A stretch of DNA of 63,713 nucleotides, counting the filler, from Octopus bimaculoides (taxonomy: Eukaryota): assembly GCF_001194135.2 (NCBI RefSeq). It is 4 parts of 3 records of this genome, joined end to end, with 100 filler letters (N's around TTAATTAATTAA, not from the genome) between each part and the next. Parts side by side here need not be neighbours in the genome. Positions count along the whole stretch, not along the records: positions 39,732 to 62,402 come from NC_068989.1; positions 62,503 to 63,713 come from NC_068982.1; 2 more parts are not named here. One strand, 5' to 3'. The notes below the pieces were generated by a model that worked only from the letters and a program-made list of their open reading frames with translations, did no database searches and was not told the DNA's origin. Of this stretch, positions 51,288-63,267 are shown in pieces; position 1 is the first letter of the stretch, and the number at the start of each line of letters is the position of its first letter. The position numbers and the translations under genes are program-made.

Positions 51288-51755
51288 GGAGGGGGGTAAG
51301 GTAGCACTATTGAGCTACGGTACTTGTGATAAATACGACAGCGAGTTGGCATCGAGGAATTGGCGCGAGCAGTTGGTATCAGGGAGTTGGCGCGAGCAGT
51401 TGGCGAGAGAGTTGGCATCGAGCAGTTGGCGGACAAGCAGTTGGATGAAGAACGCGAGCCGGTGTGAAGGCCAGTAGAGCCAGTGTGAAGGCCAGTAGAG
51501 CCAGTGAAGATGAACAGTGATAAATCTGACAGAGAGAGGCCGAGAGAGAGAGCCTATGGTCAGCAGGTACGAGTCAGCAGAAATGCATAGAGTCTCAGAG
51601 AGAGAGGGACAGAGAGATGGAACTGTTGTGGCAGGCAAAAGATGATAGTAGTCAGTTGGTCACTTCTTTTGGATTGTAGTGAGAGCTTTGAAGGAAAGGA
51701 AATTCTTGCGGTAAAGGTTTGTGTAAATATTCTTTAAAGAGAGAACTTTGTTACA
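51288..51755 (+). mobile_element. Probable LTR (3' LTR with upstream PPT)
   Basis: Polypurine tract GGAGGGGG (51288-51295), (T)GTAAGG start and TTGTTACA end (TGTAA..TTACA-type termini). Internal short tandem repeats GAGCAGTTGGC and a 21-bp duplication. Confidence 0.5.
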
Positions 51756-52010
51756 TGTTTAAAAAAAAAAGAAAAAAAGTTAGTTTCACTACGCAACGTA
51801 TGGTCTCCGTGTTATTTCTTCCTCCTTTTGCCTGTTGTCTTCGTTACGTGCTCCAGCTGGGCTTAGTTGTGGCAAACATCCCGACTCACTGAGCGTCGAC
51901 GTTCGCTGCGCGCGCGAGTTTTCTCTTCGTCGAGGTGCTTCGCGTGCGGGCGTTCATAACAATATATTTATATGTGTATTTCGTCTTTTTTCTTTGTTTT
52001 TTTTGTCGTT

Positions 52011-52257
52011 GTTGCCGTACACATTCGCTAGCTTTCTTACAAAGCGATTTAATGCTCATAGCTTAGACTTTTCTGGGGACAACCAGATCGAACCATCCCA
52101 AGTGTAACTGTCCGAAATGGTCGTAACTTCTGGTACTTGACTGATGAAAGAAAGTCAGGAATGACCCGTCTTTTTTTTCGCTTGTCCTTCTAATTTTTCT
52201 TTCACTTGTCCGCCTTTTTGTTGTCTAACTCTCGGAAGGTTTTAATTCACTCTATTG
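52011..52257 (+). repeat. Dispersed/tandem repeat family B, copy 1
   Basis: GTTGCCGTACACATTCGCTAGCTTTCTTACAAAG...GGGGACAACCAGATCGAACCATC..AAGTGTAACTGTCCGAAATGGTCGT.. is about 85% identical to 52790-53031. Confidence 0.9.
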
Positions 52258-52272
52258 TGTTTTTGTTCCATT

Positions 52273-52330
<58 letters not shown>

Positions 52331-52789
52331 GCGGCGTACGTACACCCTTATCGCACCTTATAGTAGGTATGTATCTAAATTTTGTACGACTCTTACTCTT
52401 TTATTTCCCCTCTCATTTTTCTTCCTTTCTCTCGCTCCTCCTCTCTCACAATTCTTGGCACTCGCTTTAGCTCCACGTATTTCCCACTCGTTTATGTCGC
52501 CTGCACCTTTTCCTTTGTCTCTGAGTTTTTCTAATCCTCCAATCCCGCTGTCCTCTACTCATCTCTCCTCCTTCCACGTGACCGGTGTCCGGTCAGCCAT
52601 GATCTTTCTTTCTTGGCCTGGCTGCCGACCGTCAACACGACTTATGTCCAACTCCTATGTTCCTGCCTTTAGGTTTTAACTTCATACACGTCAGCTCAGT
52701 TTGAATCGTTCTCTGTCGAAAGACTCCTGTTGTCATTTCTTGTATTCATAATTTGTATTCGTTTTCTGTTTGTTTGTTTTCTTGTCTTT

Positions 52790-53031
52790 GTTGCCGTACA
52801 CATTCGCTAGCTTTCTTACAAAGGGGTCTAATCCCCTTAGCTTAGACTTTTTTGGGGACAACCAGATCGAACCATCTCAAGTGTAACTGTCCGAAATGGT
52901 CGTGACTTCTGGTACTTGACTGGTGAAAGAAAAGCAAGGATGACTCATCTCTTTTTGCCTGTCCTAATTGTTGTTTCTCTTGTCCGCCTTTGTGTCGTCT
53001 GTCTGTCCGAACGTTTTAATGCCCTCCATTG
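52790..53031 (+). repeat. Dispersed/tandem repeat family B, copy 2
   Basis: Direct repeat of 52011-52257 at 779-bp spacing. Ends at a gap. Confidence 0.9.
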
Positions 53032-53579
53032 NNNNNNNNNNNNNNNNNNNNNNNNNNNNNNNNNNNNNNNNNNNNNNNNNNNNNNNNNNNNNNNNNNNNN
53101 NNNNNNNNNNNNNNNNNNNNNNNNNNNNNNNNNNNNNNNNNNNNNNNNNNNNNNNNNNNNNNNNNNNNNNNNNNNNNNNNNNNNNNNNNNNNNNNNNNNN
53201 NNNNNNNNNNNNNNNNNNNNNNNNNNNNNNNNNNNNNNNNNNNNNNNNNNNNNNNNNNNNNNNNNNNNNNNNNNNNNNNNNNNNNNNNNNNNNNNNNNNN
53301 NNNNNNNNNNNNNNNNNNNNNNNNNNNNNNNNNNNNNNNNNNNNNNNNNNNNNNNNNNNNNNNNNNNNNNNNNNNNNNNNNNNNNNNNNNNNNNNNNNNN
53401 NNNNNNNNNNNNNNNNNNNNNNNNNNNNNNNNNNNNNNNNNNNNNNNNNNNNNNNNNNNNNNNNNNNNNNNNNNNNNNNNNNNNNNNNNNNNNNNNNNNN
53501 NNNNNNNNNNNNNNNNNNNNNNNNNNNNNNNNNNNNNNNNNNNNNNNNNNNNNNNNNNNNNNNNNNNNNNNNNNNNNNN

Positions 53580-53620
<41 letters not shown>

Positions 53621-53910
53621 TTAATATATAAAATGCCTTGTCTCTTATTGTTCCTCCATGCTCGCTCAAACCTCTCGATCAATTTATACCATACTTAGCG
53701 TACATGAATAAGTTGACCTTGGAAAGAATTATACGGTTATGATTTATCTTTTTTCTTTAGTAAAAATGAATAATAATGCTTTATATATAATGATTCACTT
53801 CTTCAAATTGTTTTCTGAACTTCCTATATTTGGCGTTCTAACAAGCTATTTGCATACACCTGTATGTATACATCATTACAATTGTGACGATTTCTCAAAG
53901 AAGTTACTTC

Positions 53911-55465
53911 CATGTGACAAAAAAAAAAAGAAAATTCATACGGTGATATATGATGTTTTCTTGATTTTCCCGTACATATTTCAGAAATTTTTGGAACAAG
54001 TTGCCTTATTAACATTTGATATTGAGTTGTGACAATTTCAGATAAAAAAGGATTTCTAAAAGTACTTTCATTTTTTTATATTCTTCTCCGGCGGCAGAAC
54101 TACAGATTTCTGCTCCTCCGACTTTGGATGATCAAAACTTTCAGCAGAATGGATAATTTTTAATGAAATTTTCTACGAATTTGTGTTATATCATGTACGT
54201 TCTGAATATGTAAACTTTGTTAGGGGAAATGTTTTGGAAGGAGGTGATGGAGGATTTTTGGAAAACTCACAGGAATCTACTTCAAATCGTCTTAACTTTC
54301 AGGAAAATAGCTATTTTTAATGAAATTGTCTATGAATACACCTCGGACTATGTACATTCCGATCATATAGGAATTTTTGGAGAAAATAATTGGGGATTAT
54401 TTTTGAGAAGTTTTCCCCACTTGGGAGTGTTTCGCAACAAGTCGTCCATATTTGTTTCATTTTTTCCCGTTTTGTGCGTAATAAAGGCAAATGAAGTAGG
54501 TGTGTGTATGCGTGTGTAAAAAAATTTCAAAAGGGACTTTCATGTTACAAAAAAGAAAAAATTCATACAGCGATAGATGACTTTTTCTTGATTTTCCTGT
54601 ACATATTTCAGAAATCTTTGTAACAAGCTGCCTTATTAGCACTTGAAATTTAGTTGTTACGATTTCAGATAAAAAAGTATTTCTAAAAGTACTTTAATTT
54701 TTTATATTCTTCTCCGGTGGCAGAACTACAGATTTCTGCTTCTCCGACTTTGGATAATCTTAGCTTTCAGCTAAATGGATAATTTTTAATGAAATTTTCT
54801 ACGAATATGTGTTATATCATGTACATTTTTAATATGAACAATTTTGGGGGAGGAAATGTTTTTGGAGGAGGTAGTGGAGGATTTTTGGAAAATTTACAGG
54901 AATCTACTTCAATTCGTCTTAACCTTCAGGAAAATAGCTATTTTTCTGCTCCCCCGACTTTGGATGATCATAACTTTCAGAAAAACGGATATTTTAAAAT
55001 TAAACTTTTTACGAATATGCCCCCATCTCCTTTACTTATCAATTTTTCCCCGAAATTTTACGGCTATGGTTAAAGTTTATATACGGACGCACAAACTCAC
55101 AAAACGGAGAAAATGAAACACATATGGACGACTTGTTCCAAAACACTCCCGAGTGGGGAACAGTTCTCAAAAATAACCCCAATTATTTTTTACCCCAAAT
55201 TTTATATGCTCGGAATCTACATAATGCGAGGTACATTTGTAGACAATTTCATTAAAAAATATCCACTTTGCTGAAAGTTAAGACGAATTAGACTCCCGTG
55301 AATTTTCCGAAAATCTTCCCCCACCTTCTCCTAAAACACTCCCCCCACCAAATTTGTATATTCATAATATACATGATATAACACATATTCGTAGAAAATG
55401 TCATTAAAAAATATCCATTTCTCTGAAAGTTATGAACATCAAAATTCCGGTGGGAGCAGGAATAT
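53911..55465. repeat. Foldback-like structure: ~630-bp direct duplication, partial third unit and ~370-bp inverted arm
   Basis: 53911-54345 is about 85% identical to 54541-54945. 54946-55020 repeats 54108-54180. 55098-55465 is the reverse complement of ~54105-54478. Modules such as TTTTAATGAAATTTTCTACGAAT recur. Confidence 0.85.
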
Positions 55466-56361
55466 AATAAACAAGTCTCCTTGTTTATGGACAATTATTT
55501 TTAGGATGTTCGCGAGTTGGAAGTCCCCGAAATCTTTTCATTTATACACCAATTAAAGGACACACTGAAAACATCGAGTATTTAGAAGCTCTAGATAATT
55601 AAACTGTGACTGATTTCCGGATTTGTTTCAATACATTGGTTTATAGTGACGTCATGCCATAGAACTTTTGTTAAATGTACTTACTAATAGGAGAAGAGCG
55701 CCCGTAGGCCAGTTCTTCTCAAATTTATGTATTTTCATGTTCAACGTGCTTCAAATAAGTACTGACAATTGAAGGTGACTGCAAAGAAAAAGAACTACCT
55801 GTTTTTTTTTTAACAATTTTAACAGTGACAACATCGGAAAAAATATGTTATTGACATTAATAGTTTGTAGCTCAGCTAATTACTGTTGAGAATTGCATAA
55901 TCCATGTTTCATTTTACTTAGAGATTTAAAAGGCATACTTAAATTTCATTATTTTCAATAACCTGTGAAACACCGGGATATTAACGTATAAACTTTGTAT
56001 TTCAGCTACTAGGAGGTAAGTCTGTTTTATGTTAGAGATCTAAAAGCCATTTTTGAATTTCATTATTTTCTTTTATCTGCGCAACGCCGGGTATTTCTCT
56101 AAATATATTGGGTACGTGTGTATATATNNNNNNNNNNNNNNNNNNNNNNNNNNNNNNNNNNNNNNNNNNNNNNNNNNNNNNNNNNNNNNNNNNNNNNNNN
56201 NNNNNNNNNNNNNNNNNNNNNNNNNNNNNNNNNNNNNNNNNNNNNNNNNNNNNNNNNNNNNNNNNNNNNNNNNNNNNNNNNNNNNNNNNNNNNNNNNNNN
56301 NNNNNNNNNNNNNNNNNNNNNNNNNNNNNNNNNNNNNNNNNNNNNNNNNNNNNNNNNNNNN

Positions 56362-56405
<44 letters not shown>

Positions 56406-57669
56406 CAGGTGTTGGACAAAATAATGGAAACACCTTAAAATTTCAAACAAATTAATTTTAATATGTGGCAGGACTGACTCTGGCTGTAATTACAGCTTGA
56501 AATCTACGAGGTATGGACTCGTACAAAGTTTGAATTATTTCCAAAGGAATTTTTTATTCTTCAGCTAAAACAGTCTCCAGTTCGTGTAGTGATGATAGTG
56601 AAGGATATCGACTCCTTACCTGTTTTTCTAAAATGCACCATAAATATTCAATAATATTGAGATCTGGGGAATGTAGTGGCCAGATAAGATGTTCAACATC
56701 ACTAGAATATTCCTCGTGCCATCCAGTAACAACATTAGCTGTGTGATTTGATGTCTTATCATCTTGAAAGATAGCGTTTCCCTCCGGAAACAGTTCCGCA
56801 ACCATAGGATAAATTTGATCAGAAAAAATACTTAAATATTCTTGACTATTAATTCTGCCATGAAAGGAAACCATTGGGCCGGAGAATTTCCAAGATATTT
56901 CCCCACATCATCACAGATCCTCCTCCATGTTTAACAGTTGGAAGAAGGCAGTCTGGGTCAAATGCTTCTTTTCTCTGTCTCCACACATATACTTGTCCGG
57001 TGGTCAGAAATAAGGGAAAGGATGACACGTCCGAGAAAATAACATTCTTCTACTGCTCAAGGGACCAATTCTGTAGGTTTTTACTCCACTCTAAACGCTT
57101 TGTAATGTTTACTTTTGAAAGTAGTGCTTTTCTGATTGAAGTTCTCCCGTGAAATCCGGCTTTGTGAAGCTCCCGGCGAACGGTTTTTGTGGAAACTGGG
57201 TTCTCGAGGTGGTCATTACGCTCTGCAGTAATTTTGGGAGCTGTACTTTTGTGATCCTTTCTAACAATTTGCGTAAGAGTCCGACGGTCCCTATCTGAAA
57301 ATTTTGGTTTTCATCCGATGTTTTATTTCGACGAGGAAACTTTTTCATCTTTTCAAAGGCTGTCATTACTTTCGAGACAGTTGTTCTTGATACACCAAAC
57401 ATTTCGGCTGTTTTCGTTACGCTAGCGCCTGCCATACGAGCACTAACAATTTGAACTCTTTGAAAGTTCGATACATCTGTATTTTAATGAATTCTAATCA
57501 CCTTTTTCTGATGATATCTGAAAAGAAACAGCAATTTTAGCAAAACATATTAAGCAATATTAGTAATAAATAAAAACAAAACAAAAATAAACAAGCTTTT
57601 GACGGTTTTATAGTTATTTCAAAATTAAGGTGCTATGATGCTAGGTGTTTCCATTATTTTGTCCAACCC
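56406..57669 (-). mobile_element. Near-complete Tc1 (DD34E) transposon with disrupted transposase
   Basis: TIRs CAGGTGTTGGACAAAATAATGGAAACACCT (56406, after TA) and AGGTGTTTCCATTATTTTGTCCAACCC (to 57669). MAGASVTKTAEMFGVSRTTVSKV (HTH), FSDVSSF, VKHGGGSVMMWG, FQDD, WP.HSPDLNIIE across frameshifts. Confidence 0.95.
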
Positions 57670-57735
<66 letters not shown>

Positions 57736-57780
57736 ATATATATATATATATAGATAGATAGATAGATATTTATATATATA
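57670..57780. repeat. (TCTA)n/(TA)n/(GATA)n microsatellite
   Basis: Directly visible. Replaces the terminal bases of the Tc1 TIR. Confidence 0.95.
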
Positions 57781-58019
57781 TGCATATGTATATGCGTCTA
57801 TATATTTGCCTTCACTCCTACCCACCTTCTCCCTTCCACACGCACATACACGCTCTCACATACACAAGCACGCGCACCTTAGTTTTGAGTATAGTAACAA
57901 TGTTACTATACTCAAAATTTTATATAACATTTCTCTAACATAACGATTAAAATAACGACTGTTATTACTGAAATCTACAAGCAGATTCTTAAACAGCAGA
58001 TCAACCGCCTATCTTTGTG

Positions 58020-58338
58020 ATTTTTTTGAGTGATGAAGGGATGGATAGCCTGGACTGGCAACCCCAACTCTATAGAAAATTGGTTTGGAAGATTTTTGGA
58101 GATGGGGCGCGAAGGAGAAATACAAAAAACCAAGATGGACTCTGGGAATTATTGAAAAACAAATGGAACAATATTACTCCATCATTTTGCTAGAAATTAA
58201 TTCAGTCCTGTGATAACAAGTGTCAGGAGGTTATTGATAGTAAAGGGATGTTCACAAAATATTAATAGTAAGAGTTTCTTTTATGTTCTTATTCCATTTT
58301 TCATTTCTAAGTGACCTTTAACTTTTGGCCGTTACAGT
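58020..58338 (+). mobile_element. Tc1-type transposase 3' relic (second family)
   Basis: LDW..NSIEN..WKIFGDGARRRNTKNQDGLWELLKNKWNNITPSFC*KLIQSCDNKCQEVIDSKGMFTKY*, followed by a TIR-like TAACTTTTGGCCG. Confidence 0.7.
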
Positions 58339-59746
58339 TTGGAAGATTATTTGTTTTTTTTCCTCATAACTTACGAAATACTTATTCTATCCAGTTGAAA
58401 GTTTGACGAACGCTAGATATTAGATATATCTAAATATGTGTAAAATATCTAGTCTCACCGTTTTGTTAATCTTCTATAATAAGTATTTCAATACTTATAT
58501 TATGGCCGCTACTGTATATGTATGTATGTATGTATGTATGGATGGATGGATGCACTTAAGTATATATGTGTACGTAATGACTCGTGATGATATATCTATC
58601 ATCTATAGTTTCAGTAATTCAACTGATATATAACTTATAACAAATGCTGTAACCCTTCCTCACTAATTTTTTTAAACATTTTTCAATTCCCTTGATTCTG
58701 ACATTCTTTTCATACATATTTCTGTTATCGCTTTGTCACAATATTTTCCCATAATTTCTAATCAAAACAGATTTTCCATGTATTGAAATATCAAGAAATT
58801 ATTTCAGTGGTTGATACTTTTCAACCTGATAATTTTTATTTGCTTTCTGTTACTTTATTTCAAATATTACATAAAACCTATATAAATCATACATATATGC
58901 TATGTAATATTTATATATGAGCTCTCTGCTATCTACACGTGTACGTCAAACAGATGTACGATATTTAAAATCACAGGTGTAGAATGCGCCTCCTCGAGTG
59001 ACTTGTGATGCAAGACAGTTGATTGCACAGCATCTCACCCTCGAGCTACAGGGGCGAGAATGAGTCGAAGAGATAGTATTGGTTTTTAATGAGAAAAAAA
59101 AAATCTTGTGAATTCCATTTTATGTTTATATAAACTATACAGACACTATGTTATTCCTGAAGTAAATCCAGTAGTATGTGAATCTCTACTATATGATGAC
59201 ATCTGGTAGCAAATAACTACCTAATCTTTTACACAGCACTTTACAAGGTTTCTGCCCAAATAGAACTTAACTATAAATATACAAATATATATATGAACAT
59301 ATATACACATACATTCCCAAATACACACGCTCATACTCACTCACACACACACACACACACACGCAAACACGCGCACGCACACGCACTCACACACTAACAC
59401 ACACACACTCACACATGTGTATCATTTGACGTACATCTGTTTGACATACAGTTGTAGATAGCTTAGCGCTCTGACATAAGTATAACATAACACTTTTGCA
59501 TATGGTTTATATAAATGTTATTTGATATTTCAAATACAGTGACAGAAAACAAATAAAAACTATCAGGTTAAAAAATGCCAACCACTTAGATCATTTCCTG
59601 ATTTTTCTGTACTTGCCAAATATGTTGCTATTGAACAAAAAATCTCGCGAATTTTATTTTCTATCTCTGATATACTTAGAGGTTTGTGTGTGCGCGTGTA
59701 TCTGTCCGAATTTTGAATAAGGAAAACAAGTGATCAAATGTTATAT

Positions 59747-61272
59747 TTAATCATCAATGTACTTTCCCTGATTATCTATGACTTCTTTCCATCTATTGAC
59801 AAGCTTTTTAATCCCATCAATGTAAAACTGAAATTTCAGTTTCGACCGCTTCCTGTTTGCAAAAGTTATGTTCCAAAAATGATTCTGTAAACTACGAAAC
59901 AAATATGATAGTCTGAAGGAGCAAGGTCGGGAGAATAAGGTTGATGAGGAATTTTTTCCCAACCAACCTCTTCGATCTTCTGTGATGTGATTTTTGCAGT
60001 GTAGGAACGCGCATTGTCCTGATGAAATATCACTCCATTTCGATTCACTAAAGCGGTTCTTTTTTTCTTCAAAGCTTGGTTCAAATGCTCTAATTGCTGA
60101 CAGTAGAATTGACCATTGATTGTTGCATTAGGTGGTAACAATTCAAAGTGAATTACTCCTTTGCAATCTCACCAGATAGAGAGAAGAAACTTTTTCCCAT
60201 GAGGTTCCCTTCTCGGTTGTGGTTAAGCTTTTTCCCTTTTACCAAGCCATTGCCAACGACGTTTAATATGTCGATAGAAGATCCATTTTTCATCACCAAT
60301 CACAAGTCTATCCAAAAAGAGTAAAATGAGTTCGTGAGAATGGAAAGAAGAGCAGATGTCAACTCGGGATTTGCGGTTGCTTTCGGACAATTCATGAGGC
60401 ACCCATTTTCCAAGTTTAGGAACCTTTTCAAGTTGTTGAAGATGACGATGAACAGTTGTATGGTTTGAACAAAGTTTTAATGCCAATTCCTCAACTGGTA
60501 ATGCAGGATTTTCTTCAAGTAATACCTCAAGGAGCTTATCATCAAACTCAACTGGACGTCCTGTTCGATCTACATCTTCAAGGCTGAAATCGCCATTTCT
60601 GAATTTTGCAAACCATCTGCTGCAAGTTCTTTCATTCAAACATACCTTCCCATAAACTGAGTGTATGTTTCGAGTCGCTTCGACTGCAGAGTTTCCTTTC
60701 TTGTACTCAAAAAGCGTTATGTGCCTCAAATGCTCTTTGGATACTTCCATATTAGAAAGGGTTTTAATCAAAGAAATTTTAATTCTATTATTCTGTAAAA
60801 TATTTAATTAGTTTAAATGTACAAAAATGCATAAAAATAATTTAATTCCATTAGACATTATAAAATACTATTAAATTTCATTGAATTTAAAAAAAAGGTA
60901 NNNNNNNNNNNNNNNNNNNNNNNNNNNNNNNNNNNNNNNNNNNNNNNNNNNNNNNNNNNNNNNNNNNNNNNNNNNNNNNNNNNNNNNNNNNNNNNNNNNN
61001 NNNNNNNNNNNNNNNNNNNNNNNNNNNNNNNNNNNNNNNNNNNNNNNNNNNNNNNNNNNNNNNNNNNNNNNNNNNNNNNNNNNNNNNNNNNNNNNNNNNN
61101 NNNNNNNNNNNNNNNNNNNNNNNNNNNNNNNNNNNNNNNNNNNNNNNNNNNNNNNNNNNNNNNNNNNNNNNNNNNNNNNNNNNNNNNNNNNNNNNNNNNN
61201 NNNNNNNNNNNNNNNNNNNNNNNNNNNNNNNNNNNNNNNNNNNNNNNNNAGAAAGGATAACAATGCCACCTG
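59747..61272 (-). mobile_element. mariner (DD34D, Mos1/Hsmar1-like) transposon, frameshifted, 5' end across a gap
   Basis: MEVSKEHLRH..RWFAKFRNGDFSLED..GRP..KWVPHELSE..LDRLVIGDEKWIFY, FHQDNARSY, HQPYSPDLAPSDYH, GIKKLVNRWKEVIDNQGKYIDD*. A TIR-like AAAGGATAACAATGCCACCT lies right of the gap (61252-61272); its linkage to this element is uncertain. Confidence 0.9.
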
Positions 61273-61421
61273 ATTGCAGATGACTTTGTATTCACTACGA
61301 TATAAAATTTAAAGTGAATGCCATAAATTTCAGCGATTTTAAACAGAATTTGTTTACAAATCTAATGGAGTCGATGTCTAGCGTGGCTTGGCATGCATTG
61401 CTCTCTCACTCAATAATCTTT

Positions 61422-61629
61422 TCTACTCTGGGTGCAAGGCCCGAAATCTTTGGGGAGGGAGCCAGTCGATTAGCTGGACACCAGTCCGCAAGTGGTACTT
61501 AATTTATCGACCCCGAAAGGATGAAAGACAAAGTCGACCTCCGTGGAATTTGAACTTAGAACGTAAAGACAGACGAAATACCGCTAAGCATTTCTCCTGG
61601 CGTGCTAACGTTTCTGTCAGGTCGCCGCC
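61422..61629 (-). mobile_element. SINE family 1
   Basis: The reverse complement begins GGCGGCGACCTGACAGAAACGTTAGCACG..AAATGCTTAGCGGTATTTCGTC..AAGTTCAAATTCC. Confidence 0.9.
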
Positions 61630-61645
61630 TTGTTCAGTAGTAATA

Positions 61646-61859
61646 ATCCTTGCTACTAAAGGCACAAGGCCTAACACCTCTGGGGAGGGGACTATTTGAT
61701 TACATCAACCCCTGTGTTTCACTGGTGTTTAGTTTATCGACCATGAAAGGATGCAAAGCAAAGTGACCTAGGCAGAATTTCAATTCAGAACGTTAAAACG
61801 AGCGAAATGCTACTCAACATGTTGCCCACCGTGCTGAAGGTACTGCCAGCTCACCGCCT
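61646..61859 (-). mobile_element. SINE family 1 (older copy, tandem with the previous one)
   Basis: The reverse complement begins GGCGGTGAGCTGGCAG. Same body and 3' GGCCTTGTGCCTTTAGTAG tail. Confidence 0.8.
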
Positions 61860-62402
61860 TAATCCCCAAAATATTAATAACTGACATGTTTCAAAATAAA
61901 CGAAAAAAGGTTTTTTTAAACAAGTTGAATATAATCTAAAACGTATTCCTTGTGTTTGTACTTACGATGGAATTAAATAAAGAATCGATGTTAAGTGGTC
62001 GTATCAGGGTTATAAGCGTTGTTTATTAAACTCGAGCGAACGGTTGTTGATTTTAAGTCATTTGTTTTTGATACCGTTAATTATGGCATTTAGCTCAGAG
62101 AAGCAGAAATGGTTGTACTTCTTCAATTGTGTATAATTTGTATTAAGATAAATATGATGTTCTGTCGGTGGGTTTTGTATGCTGGAAATCCTAAATTGAT
62201 GTTACTCTCATTGTTCTCTGTTTAGTTATCAAAGTGAAAAGCTCGCCATCTCAGTATTTTATGAAATTATTTATTTGTTACAATACGTGCTTGAAGAAAT
62301 TTACGTTAGATATTGGTATGTACATATCGATATCCCGTTAGGTATAGAATACATACATACATACATACATACATACATACATACGTATATACATACATAT
62401 AT

Positions 62403-62502
62403 NNNNNNNNNNNNNNNNNNNNNNNNNNNNNNNNNNNNNNNNNNNNTTAATTAATTAANNNNNNNNNNNNNNNNNNNNNNNNNNNNNNNNNNNNNNNNNN
62501 NN
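62403..62502. other. Artificial scaffold linker N44-TTAATTAATTAA-N44
   Basis: Same 100-bp pattern. Confidence 0.95.
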
Positions 62503-62894
62503 AAAGCCAGGTACAGAGGTTTATCCTTAGCTAGGTATTTCTCCTGCAACTGTCTCACTAGAAATAAGGCATCAGTAGTGCTTTTACCTGGCACGAACCC
62601 AAACTGCATCTCATCTAAATTGATTCGCTCCCTAATTAGTTGGGCTATGACCCTCTCTGTAACTTTCATAACCTGATCTAACAGCTTGATGCCTCTGTAA
62701 TTATTTGTATCTAAAGCGTCCCCTTTACCTTTGTAGCAGTTGACTATGATGCTGCTACACCAGTCATTGGGTATGACTCCTTCGTGTATCACCTGGTTCG
62801 TAATACGGGTGACTAGGCTATAGCCAACACTGCCAGATATTTTGAGCATCTCTGCAGTGATTCCTGATGGGCCGGGGGCTTTCCCGGTCTTCAT
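62503..62894 (-). mobile_element. RTE-clade LINE reverse transcriptase fragment, uninterrupted
   Basis: MKTGKAPGPSGITAEMLK..IPNDWCSSIIVNCYKGKGD..NNYRGIKLLDQVMKVTERVI..QFGFVPGKSTTDALFLVRQLQEKY. About 130 codons without a stop. Confidence 0.92.
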
Positions 62895-63267
62895 GATATG
62901 TTTTATTAATTTAATTTAATTTAATTCAATCGTGAATTTGCATTATTATTTTTATATCTCTATATGAAATGATCGTCTGCAAGAATTAAACTTCTTATAT
63001 ATTCTAACAACTCGTCTCCTCCATTTTTAAATAAATTGAAGAGTTTTATGGGATTTCTTTCCATAAATTCATGATACAATAAATATATATACATATATAG
63101 TTATGATATATTCTGTTAAGAAACATAGTAGAATACAGTATAAAGCTCGTCCACTTTCAGATTTGACCCTGTGCTATCCAGTAGTAATATTATACATACT
63201 TCCAGTTGTGAATTGGTATGAATAGATAAATGGAAAAATTTGGAGTCAACAATTGTATATACACACA

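Noticed and set aside
51343-51505. Short spaced repeats resembling a CRISPR array
   Set aside because: Units are 8-21 bp, irregular, without unique ~30-bp spacers or cas genes, in a eukaryotic context.
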